Notes under the pieces: model-generated
Database searches by the model: none
What the model saw: only the letters and a program-made list of their open reading frames with translations
What the model was told of the DNA's origin: nothing
Assembly (NCBI GenBank): GCA_964600735.1
Contig: CAZRLL010000006.1
Location: 1-47,817 of the forward strand
Source: an uncultured archaeon
GTDB lineage: Archaea > Asgardarchaeota > Heimdallarchaeia > Heimdallarchaeales > Kariarchaeaceae
Direction of reading: 5' to 3'
DNA: 47,817 bases
In this document: one piece after another, positions 28,102-36,472 of the stretch
Layout of the letters: each line of letters opens with the position of its first letter
Position numbering within the stretch: position 1 is the first letter of the stretch
Program-made: the position numbers and the translations under genes

Positions 28102-28518
28102 ATGAGATGCAATGTATGTTATCTACCCATACATGATCAGACTACCAAGATCTTATGTCCTAGGTGCACTAATCCATTCCATTATGATCATCTAGCTGCC
28201 TGGTTGCTGACAGAGACCAAATGTCCAATGTGCCGGGAAGTATTGTCTGAAGACTTTCGAGAGGATCTAAAACCCAAATCGGAGAAGGAGCGGAGGAGAT
28301 TGGAGCAGGTTCTATACACTCTTGATGGATTGGGCCAGGTTCTTGGAAAATATGAGACTTCGAGACGACAGAAAAAACGGCTAGGTGAGATGAGACGTGT
28401 TGAAAGGGGTGATCCGAGCACATCTTCTCTGATCAGTCTGGCCTTACCTGTCTTATTGGGTTTGGTTGCTATAATTTCATTTATATTAATAATAGTCTTA
28501 GTAATCTCATCAATTTAG
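28102..28518 (+). CDS. RING-like (cross-brace Zn finger) protein with a C-terminal transmembrane anchor
   Basis: C3-x2-C6-x12-C19-x2-C22-x4-H27-x2-H30-x10-C41-x2-C44, with the RING-H2-like context FHYDHLAAWL....CPMCR. Basic linker, then the hydrophobic tail LISLALPVLLGLVAIISFILIIVLVI. Confidence 0.65.
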   Translation: MRCNVCYLPIHDQTTKILCPRCTNPFHYDHLAAWLLTETKCPMCREVLSEDFREDLKPKSEKERRRLEQVLYTLDGLGQVLGKYETSRRQKKRLGEMRRVERGDPSTSSLISLALPVLLGLVAIISFILIIVLVISSI

Positions 28519-28753
28519 TCAATACTGTTTGGGATTGTATATTAGTGATCCTTTTCAATAATTGTTTTCCACTGTTTTGTTGATTAGATTGAATTGAACT
28601 TATAATGATTACAATGTATACAATAAATTCATCTATATATTTTTGTATCGATTATAGAATGTAAACAATGTATATTATTTAATTATTGTCTTCACCTTGG
28701 TTTCTATTATTAACGATTAAAATAATGAACAATGTGCGCACCATTAATAATAT

Positions 28754-31285
28754 CTAATGATCAATTATCTGGGAAGCCCAGATATCTGTCATTTCCCTAT
28801 CCAAAAGCCCGATCATTTTAGAAATTTCCTGCAGATAATTCTTCTCGATCCTGTTTAGAAGGGGGCTATTCCGGTTTTCAATGACATGTAATAAGTATAG
28901 CTTGCCAATAACTAGCAATAAGAATTGTTCGGGAAATCGGAGAGGTATAATCTTAAAACTATCTAGGTTCATCTGTTGAAATTTCCGGTAGATTTTTTCG
29001 ACAACTTTATCCAATGCAGATCGGGCCATCAGATTGGCAAATAACTTGATATCACTTCTGATGAATTGATCCACCTCCGTTTCAAGTTTTTCCCGCAGTA
29101 TTCCACCAATTGCAAGTTTTTCTGGCATAACACTATCGATTTTTGCACTCCAGTGACTATCAAAATTGAGTGAAAATACTGGTAATTTCAACCCAGTTGG
29201 AAGGTACTGCAATTTTATCATTATATTGTATTGATTATGATCGTATTGTACCTCATTGAATGGATCCAAACCCACGTGTATGCCTTGATTTCCCATGCTA
29301 TTACTCCTGACGATGGAGGTAAACCGGTCTAGCTGGGGAATAATGGCAGATTCATTGGTTGAAAATAGACCCAAGTTTCTCAAAAGGTCTGTGGATTCTG
29401 ATCTAAACTGGGCAATAAATCCCGTATCCAGTAGTACGTGACTCATCATACTCGCAGATATTCCAGTTGCTAGTACTGCCACACCCTTATAGCGTAGTGT
29501 GGATACGGTTTCTTCCAATCGAGAAAGCTCATCATTTTTCAAACGTTGGGGCATTAAAATCTGGGCTTCGTCTATGAATATTACCAATCTTGGTTTTTGG
29601 TTTCGACCATAATTACCCTCTAAACGCAGGGAGCCCATCAAACGGGTCATTATCAGGTCCATCAGGAAGCGTATCAGTTTATGGGGAACTGTATGTACTA
29701 GGATTGAAAAATCAAAAAAGATATTGTGCTCACAGTAGTCCGATTCTGTAAGTGTATTTTCCTCCCTCCAGAATATATCTCCCAAGTTGGTCTGCATCCA
29801 GGCAAATTTTACAAGTAATGATTGACTGGTATTCTCTTGATAATTATCAATTATCCTTTTTTCACTATTGCCAATGACCAAGATATTGTGGAAAAAATCA
29901 CGGGCATTTCCCTGGGTATTTACAGTTAATTCAATTGACCTGTTAAGTAGCTGTTTTTGAGGTGGAGATAGAGTCTCATGATGGGGAACGGTTTCTAAAA
30001 ATGCCCTAAATAGAATATCACAGTACTCTTTTTCGGAATAGCCCTGGGGAACAGAGAATGGGTTTACAAGAAAATTCTGGTTGGGTTTGATAATCAAACC
30101 CTGAGAACCCAGACTTAGATATCTGGGGGCATCTCCTTTCAAATCGAAATCAATTACCCGAACATCCTGTTCCAAAAGACTTCTCATCAGATGTAACCTT
30201 AAGGTAGTCTTCCCAGTACCTATTCCCCCGCATATAATCCCCCCTTGGGCCAAATCCTCGGCATTGATTCCAAATGGGCTAGTCATCTGGTTATCAACCA
30301 GCACATGTCCAAATTTTGCGAGAGGATCATAATCTGAAGGTGGTGCAACATATTTGGAAGCAGAAGGCTTTATCATGGTGGCTAATTTTGGTAATTGTAA
30401 GATCCTATGAATATCAGAGCCAATAATGATTTTGGGTTTGGTCTTGCCGAGAATGATTCCCTTACCCAAACTCTTGATAAATGATTTGATTATTGGAACT
30501 TGGTGTTTATGATCCGCTGAAATTCCAATTTTCAAATCAATTTTGAATACAGATATGCCTGAGTTTCTATTGTTATTCTCCATCGCATAAGTATCTAGTA
30601 ATAAAATTATATTGGAGGGGAATTTTTCCAATTTAACGGCGATGGTTTGTAGATCTGGTAATTTATGATTTGATGATATCCCATAATAATTCCAGTTTTT
30701 ATCTAGATTAAGTGATTTGACAAATTTACCTTTAAGATCCATGGATATCAATATCCCCAGTAAAGTTTTTCTAAGCATCTTGGGACGGATGGGGATTATA
30801 TTTCTATTCTGTTCTATCAGAATGAATAAACTGGAACCAGTTTCGTCCAGTTTAATACAGTATTTCCAATTCACCTTGGGGTGATTTTCCAGAAACAGGG
30901 GAAGATGTGGTTGGTACTGTCCAATCTGCTCTAATTGATAAGAGACCCCGGTTTTCCAGCTGAATAACCAGGGTTTAAAACTCAAGGAAGAATTTTTGGT
31001 GTGGATAGTGTAGTATCTGGAAGCGAAAATTCTTGCGAGTAGTGTAAAAAAAATCAAAATAAGTATTGAGAAAAACAGGAGGATTAAATCAATGAAATTG
31101 GTGTCTGGTTTAGTTATTCGGGGAGGGCTGGGAGATAGGCTGACTTTGCTCGAAATAGAGATAATTAGCCTGTAAAGGGAGTAAATTGCAAAGATTACCA
31201 ACAAGTAAGCAGTTATTGATCCGTCCCTCCCTAATACGTGGATCTCTTCTGTTTGATCTTTATTCCGGTATTTTTCAGATTTCAA
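28754..31285 (-). CDS. Membrane-anchored HerA/FtsK/VirB4-like P-loop ATPase (DUF87-type), 843 aa
   Basis: Two N-terminal TM helices. Walker A GGIGTGKTT followed by VRVIDFDLKGD. Walker B PRLVIFIDEAQILMP. Confidence 0.75.
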   Translation of the reverse strand: MKSEKYRNKDQTEEIHVLGRDGSITAYLLVIFAIYSLYRLIISISSKVSLSPSPPRITKPDTNFIDLILLFFSILILIFFTLLARIFASRYYTIHTKNSSLSFKPWLFSWKTGVSYQLEQIGQYQPHLPLFLENHPKVNWKYCIKLDETGSSLFILIEQNRNIIPIRPKMLRKTLLGILISMDLKGKFVKSLNLDKNWNYYGISSNHKLPDLQTIAVKLEKFPSNIILLLDTYAMENNNRNSGISVFKIDLKIGISADHKHQVPIIKSFIKSLGKGIILGKTKPKIIIGSDIHRILQLPKLATMIKPSASKYVAPPSDYDPLAKFGHVLVDNQMTSPFGINAEDLAQGGIICGGIGTGKTTLRLHLMRSLLEQDVRVIDFDLKGDAPRYLSLGSQGLIIKPNQNFLVNPFSVPQGYSEKEYCDILFRAFLETVPHHETLSPPQKQLLNRSIELTVNTQGNARDFFHNILVIGNSEKRIIDNYQENTSQSLLVKFAWMQTNLGDIFWREENTLTESDYCEHNIFFDFSILVHTVPHKLIRFLMDLIMTRLMGSLRLEGNYGRNQKPRLVIFIDEAQILMPQRLKNDELSRLEETVSTLRYKGVAVLATGISASMMSHVLLDTGFIAQFRSESTDLLRNLGLFSTNESAIIPQLDRFTSIVRSNSMGNQGIHVGLDPFNEVQYDHNQYNIMIKLQYLPTGLKLPVFSLNFDSHWSAKIDSVMPEKLAIGGILREKLETEVDQFIRSDIKLFANLMARSALDKVVEKIYRKFQQMNLDSFKIIPLRFPEQFLLLVIGKLYLLHVIENRNSPLLNRIEKNYLQEISKMIGLLDREMTDIWASQIIDH

Positions 31286-31362
31286 TTGTTAACATTAATA
31301 ATTAATAATTATAGCATTTGAATTGCTGAATAATTATTTTATCATTTTATGGATAATTAAAT

Positions 31363-31375
31363 CCACTGTAAGTGG
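31363..31375. promoter_or_regulatory. CCACT-GTA-AGTGG dyad in the divergent HerA-like/MoxR promoter region; candidate operator
   Basis: Read directly. Same half-sites and spacing as 15550-15562. It follows an A/T-rich TATA-like stretch (ATAATTAAA) and ends 58 nt upstream of the MoxR ATG. Confidence 0.4.
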
Positions 31376-31433
31376 CTCATAGTTAGATTTTAATAGAAGG
31401 AATTTTTTAGGTCCTGGTCGTACTTAGAAATTA

Positions 31434-32288
31434 ATGATATTTGATGGTTCCTCATTGGAAGGCCTACAAAATAAATTTCAATCGGCATTTTACCTTCCCA
31501 ATGATGAAATTCTAACTCTTGCTAGATTGGCAATAAAACTAGGCAAGCCAATTCTGATAGAAGGTCCTCCAGGTACAGGAAAAACCTCCTTCGCCCGGGC
31601 AATGACCCAGATATTGGGAACCGAGTTGTACAGGATTCAGTGTTATGAGGGAATTACAGCAGAGCAGGTGATTGGTGAATTCAACTATCAAAGACAGTTA
31701 CTAGCCATTGAGATATCTAGGAAGGGGGATATTTCTGATATATTTACTGAAGATTTTTTTATTGCCCGACCACTGCTAAAGGCATTAAAATCATCAAAAC
31801 AGGTAGTATTACTGATTGATGAGGTGGATCGGGCAGATGAGGAATTTGAGGCATTTTTATTGGAAGCACTGGGTGAGAATCAGGTAACAGTACCAGAACT
31901 GGGAACTATAAAGGCTCAATCCACTCCTCTGGTTGTATTAACTTCCAACGGAACCAGAGAATTATCTCCAGCCCTACGCAGGAGATCATTATTCCTAGCT
32001 CTTGATTATCCAGAGACCAAGCGGGAGCAGGAAATAATTAAAATCCATGTACCAAATATTCCGGAGGAAGTGATACAGAAAATTGTCACACTATTGAGAT
32101 CCATAAGACGAAATGATAAAATTGCCCAACCACCATCCATCTCTGAGGGAATCGAGCTAGCCCGGACTCTGCTGGAGCTAGGCATGGAATATCTTGAAAA
32201 ACCGGCTATTAATGAGATACTTGGATTATTAGCCAAAAGTCCCTCTGATTTGCAGGAATTACGCAAACAAATAGTTAGTCAGGATTGA
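31434..32288 (+). CDS. MoxR/CoxD-like AAA+ ATPase (AAA_5 type)
   Basis: Walker A GPPGTGKTS, Walker B VLLIDEVDRADEE, LTSNGTRELSPALRRRS (sensor / Arg finger region). Confidence 0.85.
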   Translation: MIFDGSSLEGLQNKFQSAFYLPNDEILTLARLAIKLGKPILIEGPPGTGKTSFARAMTQILGTELYRIQCYEGITAEQVIGEFNYQRQLLAIEISRKGDISDIFTEDFFIARPLLKALKSSKQVVLLIDEVDRADEEFEAFLLEALGENQVTVPELGTIKAQSTPLVVLTSNGTRELSPALRRRSLFLALDYPETKREQEIIKIHVPNIPEEVIQKIVTLLRSIRRNDKIAQPPSISEGIELARTLLELGMEYLEKPAINEILGLLAKSPSDLQELRKQIVSQD

Positions 32289-32291
32289 AAA

Positions 32292-33608
32292 ATGCAATCA
32301 CTTCCCCAACTCGTTGACAATTTAAGAGACCTTGGTCTAAAAATATCAATTTCAGAGATCATAGAATCCCATCAATTATTGAAAATTGCTGATAGCAAGG
32401 ATGAACTCAGGTTGGGCTTGCGTATGATTCTTTGCAAAAATTTGGCAGAGCAGGAATTATTTGATCTGGTTTGGTTAAATTACTTTCCCAAAGAACATAA
32501 ATTAAGTGAACTATCTACTGAACACCAGGGCTCTGTAGTTCCAATTGCTGAAGGAATGGATCCAACAACAGCCCTAATCCGATTCAATTCTTCCTTCAAG
32601 GGTGTGGTCAGGCAACTGATACAAGGGAACGATCGAAATGCTGCTGCTATCATGCTGCGATATCTGATGGCTAGCAGTTATTCTAGCAGTGAATTATTAC
32701 AAAAACGCAATACTGGACTCCAAGAAGTGACCAATATGCTAAATTCAGTTATACCAGACTTTAGCAGTCAATTAATAGAAAATCTGGAAAATCAACTGGA
32801 TACATTAATTAGAGAACAGTTGCAGAATCCTTCCAGGTTCGGAAAAAATCCCCTAACCATACAAAATCTAGAAGATTTACCTCTACTTCATCTGGATTCC
32901 ACTCCTGAACTACAACATGCCCTGAAAAGATTGGGTAGAAAACTTGCAACCAGGCAGAAAAGAAGACGGAGAAAGGGGAAGAATCGGATCAATCTAAGGC
33001 AGACAATTAGGGCCAATATCCAACATGGGGGAGTACTGGTTGAACTCCGAAAACAAAGACCACGGTTGAACAAGCCGCGCTTGGTGTTGGTTACTGATGT
33101 TAGTCCTTCAACTATCCATGCGACCAGATTATTTCTATCAATTATCTGGAATGCCAAGGAAGTATTCAGTGACATTCGTTTTTTCGAGTTTATCGGTAGT
33201 TGCATCGAGGTGACTAATGAATTCAAGAGGGCAAAATCGGTGAATGAAGGAATGGAAATCAGTATCGCCCGGTGGAATCGAGAGATCGATGGGAAGGAAA
33301 ATAGTGATTATTACCGGGCGTTTAGATCATTTTCCAGATCCGCGGGTAAACTGAATAAACAGACCACCATAATAATTCTAGGTGATCTGAGGGATTGGCT
33401 TGGACCATGGAAAAAAGGAATTCCTCTGAGTGCCAATTTACTAGGTGAAATAAGAAAAAAAGTAAAAAGATTAATTGTACTCAATCCAGAAGCCAGGAAT
33501 TTATGGGATTCAGGCGATAGTATATGTAAGTACTGTCAAGATCAAGATATTGAAGTCGAAGAAGCAACCACCCTGCAAAAGCTAATTGATGTATTATTGA
33601 CCCTATAA
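32292..33608 (+). CDS. VWA-domain protein, CoxE-like
   Basis: Starts 3 nt after the MoxR stop. RQKRRRRKGKNRINLRQTIRANIQHGG...PRLVLVTDVSPS (a DxSxS MIDAS motif) matches the CoxE-type VWA layout. Confidence 0.8.
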   Translation: MQSLPQLVDNLRDLGLKISISEIIESHQLLKIADSKDELRLGLRMILCKNLAEQELFDLVWLNYFPKEHKLSELSTEHQGSVVPIAEGMDPTTALIRFNSSFKGVVRQLIQGNDRNAAAIMLRYLMASSYSSSELLQKRNTGLQEVTNMLNSVIPDFSSQLIENLENQLDTLIREQLQNPSRFGKNPLTIQNLEDLPLLHLDSTPELQHALKRLGRKLATRQKRRRRKGKNRINLRQTIRANIQHGGVLVELRKQRPRLNKPRLVLVTDVSPSTIHATRLFLSIIWNAKEVFSDIRFFEFIGSCIEVTNEFKRAKSVNEGMEISIARWNREIDGKENSDYYRAFRSFSRSAGKLNKQTTIIILGDLRDWLGPWKKGIPLSANLLGEIRKKVKRLIVLNPEARNLWDSGDSICKYCQDQDIEVEEATTLQKLIDVLLTL

Positions 33609-33785
33609 ACAAAATTCATCCCATTAAATAGTTGAGATTACACCTGTAATCGCAGGTAGTCCATAATTAAATTATCAGATATTACATAAACTATTTCACG
33701 GTTTCAACGGATTTTCAATCAAAATCATAAATTTGAGGTTTTTTTGAGCTCAACATTTCTTAATACCGATGAGTTATATTAAATT

Positions 33786-34796
33786 ATGGCTCGATTCAAA
33801 AAACGCCTATTACTTATTTCTACCTTAATGCTAGCCATTTGGCTGGTTTGGACTCCACTCGCAACAGCTCGTGATATCCCTAATCGCGATCAACCCAATA
33901 GACCTCCCCCCAATAACCGTCGCCATGATCGAGGATTTGACGGGGCATCTCAAGCCGTAAACGTATCAGGATCTGTAAGTGTGGGAGAAGCAATTAATCT
34001 TGAACTCTCCATCAAACCGACGGATGCTGTAATTGAAAGGATAGAACAGAATCGAAATGTTTTAATTCAAAATTTCCAGAATCAAATTTCAATTTCATTA
34101 ACTGATTTAATAGAATTTGAAGATTTGACAGATAATGGTTTGACTGCAGATGATATCATATTAAGCAATTTTGCATTAAACTCATCCAATCTAAACGATG
34201 TCGTTCTAACAGATATCGGTGATGAGGTAACGTATTTAATTACATCATTTGACAATTCTTTTCAGATGATTATTGAAATTAATAGTACTCACGACATGCC
34301 TCATGATTGGAAATGGTCACTTGTAATTGAATATGATTACAATTCAGCAACCTCGAAACTAGCAGTTTTGCATGAATTAATAATGAGTAATAGACACACT
34401 ATTCGTGAACAGTTTAGAAATTCGACTGACCATCCCCAAGAATTCGAGGATCGAGAACTCAGAGCACCCCACCCTAGGCTTCCAGTATTTTTCAGATGGG
34501 ATCGAACTGCGAATGCAGATGATACTGAAATTGATGTCATAGCCACAAGATATTATGAATCATTATCCCTGTCATTTGCTCATGGAGATGTCATAAATTA
34601 TGATCCGTCAATCGGTGTGGATCAATCCTCTCTTGACTCAGTTGATCTTGAACTTATTGAGTTAGTTGATCTAGAATCAGCTAAGGATTTTATTGATCGC
34701 ATCTTCTCTCCCACCTCATTAGGAATTGGGTTAGCGATTGCATTTACATCTTTAATTGCTATAACTACCTTAATATACAAAAGCAAGACAAATTGA
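33786..34796 (+). CDS. Secreted or cell-surface protein with an N-terminal signal and a C-terminal TM anchor
   Basis: N-terminal LLLISTLMLAIWLVWTPLATA, C-terminal LGIGLAIAFTSLIAITTLIY. No other motif. Confidence 0.6.
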   Translation: MARFKKRLLLISTLMLAIWLVWTPLATARDIPNRDQPNRPPPNNRRHDRGFDGASQAVNVSGSVSVGEAINLELSIKPTDAVIERIEQNRNVLIQNFQNQISISLTDLIEFEDLTDNGLTADDIILSNFALNSSNLNDVVLTDIGDEVTYLITSFDNSFQMIIEINSTHDMPHDWKWSLVIEYDYNSATSKLAVLHELIMSNRHTIREQFRNSTDHPQEFEDRELRAPHPRLPVFFRWDRTANADDTEIDVIATRYYESLSLSFAHGDVINYDPSIGVDQSSLDSVDLELIELVDLESAKDFIDRIFSPTSLGIGLAIAFTSLIAITTLIYKSKTN

Positions 34797-34801
34797 TATG
34801 A

Positions 34802-35608
34802 ATGTCATCTCATTCGGGGTTTGATAAATTTGACATGAAAAACCGATTGAGAAATAAAAATCGAAGACTAATACTGAAACAAATCTACAAGGAACCACAA
34901 AGGTATCAAGACCTGATTACTCTTACAAATCTTAAACCAGGTTCTTTATATCATCATTTCAGGATACTGGGAGAATTAATTGAAAAAAGTAAACATGGCG
35001 TCTACGAAATTACTGAATTAGGGAAACAGGTGATAGAACATTTTGGTTTAATTGATTCCTCAACAATCAAACCTGCCGTTTCTTATTCAGCTTTCGCTTC
35101 AAATGTTGAAGAAACTTTATCGACTGTTTGGATAGGATATTCTACATACATTTTGTGGATTTTTATTTTTGCAGTGACATTCCTCCTTGGATTAGAAGGA
35201 GTATCGTTAGCCGGAAGCGTGATTTATCAAATTGGTTACCCCGCATCATTTCTTTTTGATATAACAGCTATCCTATTGGGTTGGGTTCCAATTTTTTTGA
35301 TTTATAAGATTCAAGGATCGACTAAAAAAAGAGAATATCTATTTGAGACATTAATGATAAGGTCTTTCTCGATGTTTCCTGGTTCTATATTCGGATTAAG
35401 CATCTATTTGTTATTTTTAACTGATAATTTTATCGGAGAAAATATTTTCACAATTTTATTTGTAATTTCTTTAATTGCTGGACTAATTTTTTCCTCGACC
35501 GGTGTGTATTATCTGAGCAATAAGAGTCTTTCTGATTCGATACTCATTTCGTTAATCCCCACTTCTATTGATCTAATGCTCGGAATTGTAATTTTATTAT
35601 TGAATTGA
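34802..35608 (+). CDS. ArsR-like winged-helix domain fused to a polytopic membrane domain
   Basis: NRRLILKQIYKEPQRYQDLITLTNLKPGSLYHHFRILGELIEKSKHGVYEITELG (wHTH), followed by ~5 hydrophobic helices. Starts 5 nt after the preceding stop. Confidence 0.6.
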   Translation: MSSHSGFDKFDMKNRLRNKNRRLILKQIYKEPQRYQDLITLTNLKPGSLYHHFRILGELIEKSKHGVYEITELGKQVIEHFGLIDSSTIKPAVSYSAFASNVEETLSTVWIGYSTYILWIFIFAVTFLLGLEGVSLAGSVIYQIGYPASFLFDITAILLGWVPIFLIYKIQGSTKKREYLFETLMIRSFSMFPGSIFGLSIYLLFLTDNFIGENIFTILFVISLIAGLIFSSTGVYYLSNKSLSDSILISLIPTSIDLMLGIVILLLN

Positions 35609-35616
35609 AATCGAAT

Positions 35617-36090
35617 TTATTTTCTAATTCTTGCAATTAAGGGCTCTAATTTGTGGATTTCTGAGATGAGAATCTTTAGTAATGAACGACTTGATCCCCC
35701 ACCTGTGAAAATATAATCCTTTTCTAGAATTTTATTATCAACCAGAAGGATACCAGGATACCCGATAAATGGCATTCCACCAGCCGGGTATCCTGTTTTT
35801 TCTAAAACTTTCTCTGGTGATGCAACAAATGGAGGTGGAATTCCCAGAAATTTTCCTACTCGTTTGGTACTAACCCGAAATTTAGCTGGAATCAACCCTA
35901 TAATGATATCTCCATTTTGATCTACCATGATTATTGATTTTGTAACATAATCAATGGAATATCCTGATACTCTGATGCAATCGCCAACAGTATGTATGGA
36001 TTCATCAAAAAGTAAATGTTCTGCACTAATACCTCTTTCATCAATAAATTGTTTTAATTTATTTTCATAACGTATCATCTGATAAATCAT
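35617..36090 (-). CDS. YbaK/EbsC-type aminoacyl-tRNA deacylase (editing domain protein)
   Basis: 157 aa. KSIIMVDQNGD..IIGLIPA, GYPAGGMPFIG, IFTGGGSSRSLLKI are YbaK-family motifs. Confidence 0.7.
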   Translation of the reverse strand: MIYQMIRYENKLKQFIDERGISAEHLLFDESIHTVGDCIRVSGYSIDYVTKSIIMVDQNGDIIIGLIPAKFRVSTKRVGKFLGIPPPFVASPEKVLEKTGYPAGGMPFIGYPGILLVDNKILEKDYIFTGGGSSRSLLKILISEIHKLEPLIARIRK

Positions 36091-36472
36091 CCACCACCCT
36101 TACTGAAACACTTCATTAGAAAATTGTGTAATATGGGTTATTTAATGATTTAGCCTTTCCAGTACCGAAAATTTGGATTTTCAATAAAATTTTGCGTGTA
36201 GTATCCGCTATACGCCATAAAATCATTTTACCTAACATTTAGCTACAATCTGTGATATTCCTACTTTTGTTCATCATTGAGCAGATGCATTTGACACTGA
36301 ACATTAATCTGTAATTGCAAAAGATATGAAAAATCAAATAGAAACTCGCTAAGAACTTACACCTCTGGTTGATGCATCAGAAAAATATACAATGCATGGG
36401 CAAATTACATCAAACAAGAGCTGCAGAACAGGTATGATTGTATAATATATACAATTATGATCATGAAATTAA

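Noticed and set aside
28611-28736. Three ACAATGT words in the convergent spacer between the RING-like and HerA-like genes
   Set aside because: A short (7-8 nt), irregularly spaced (54 and 64 bp) word in AT-rich DNA is not distinguishable from chance.
33727-33744. 18-nt exact match between 33727-33744 and 38717-38734 considered as a stand-alone repeat family
   Set aside because: My rough estimate for this composition gives about 0.5 expected chance 18-mer matches per window, and half of the word is a T-run. It is kept only as supporting context for the island 2 promoter idea.
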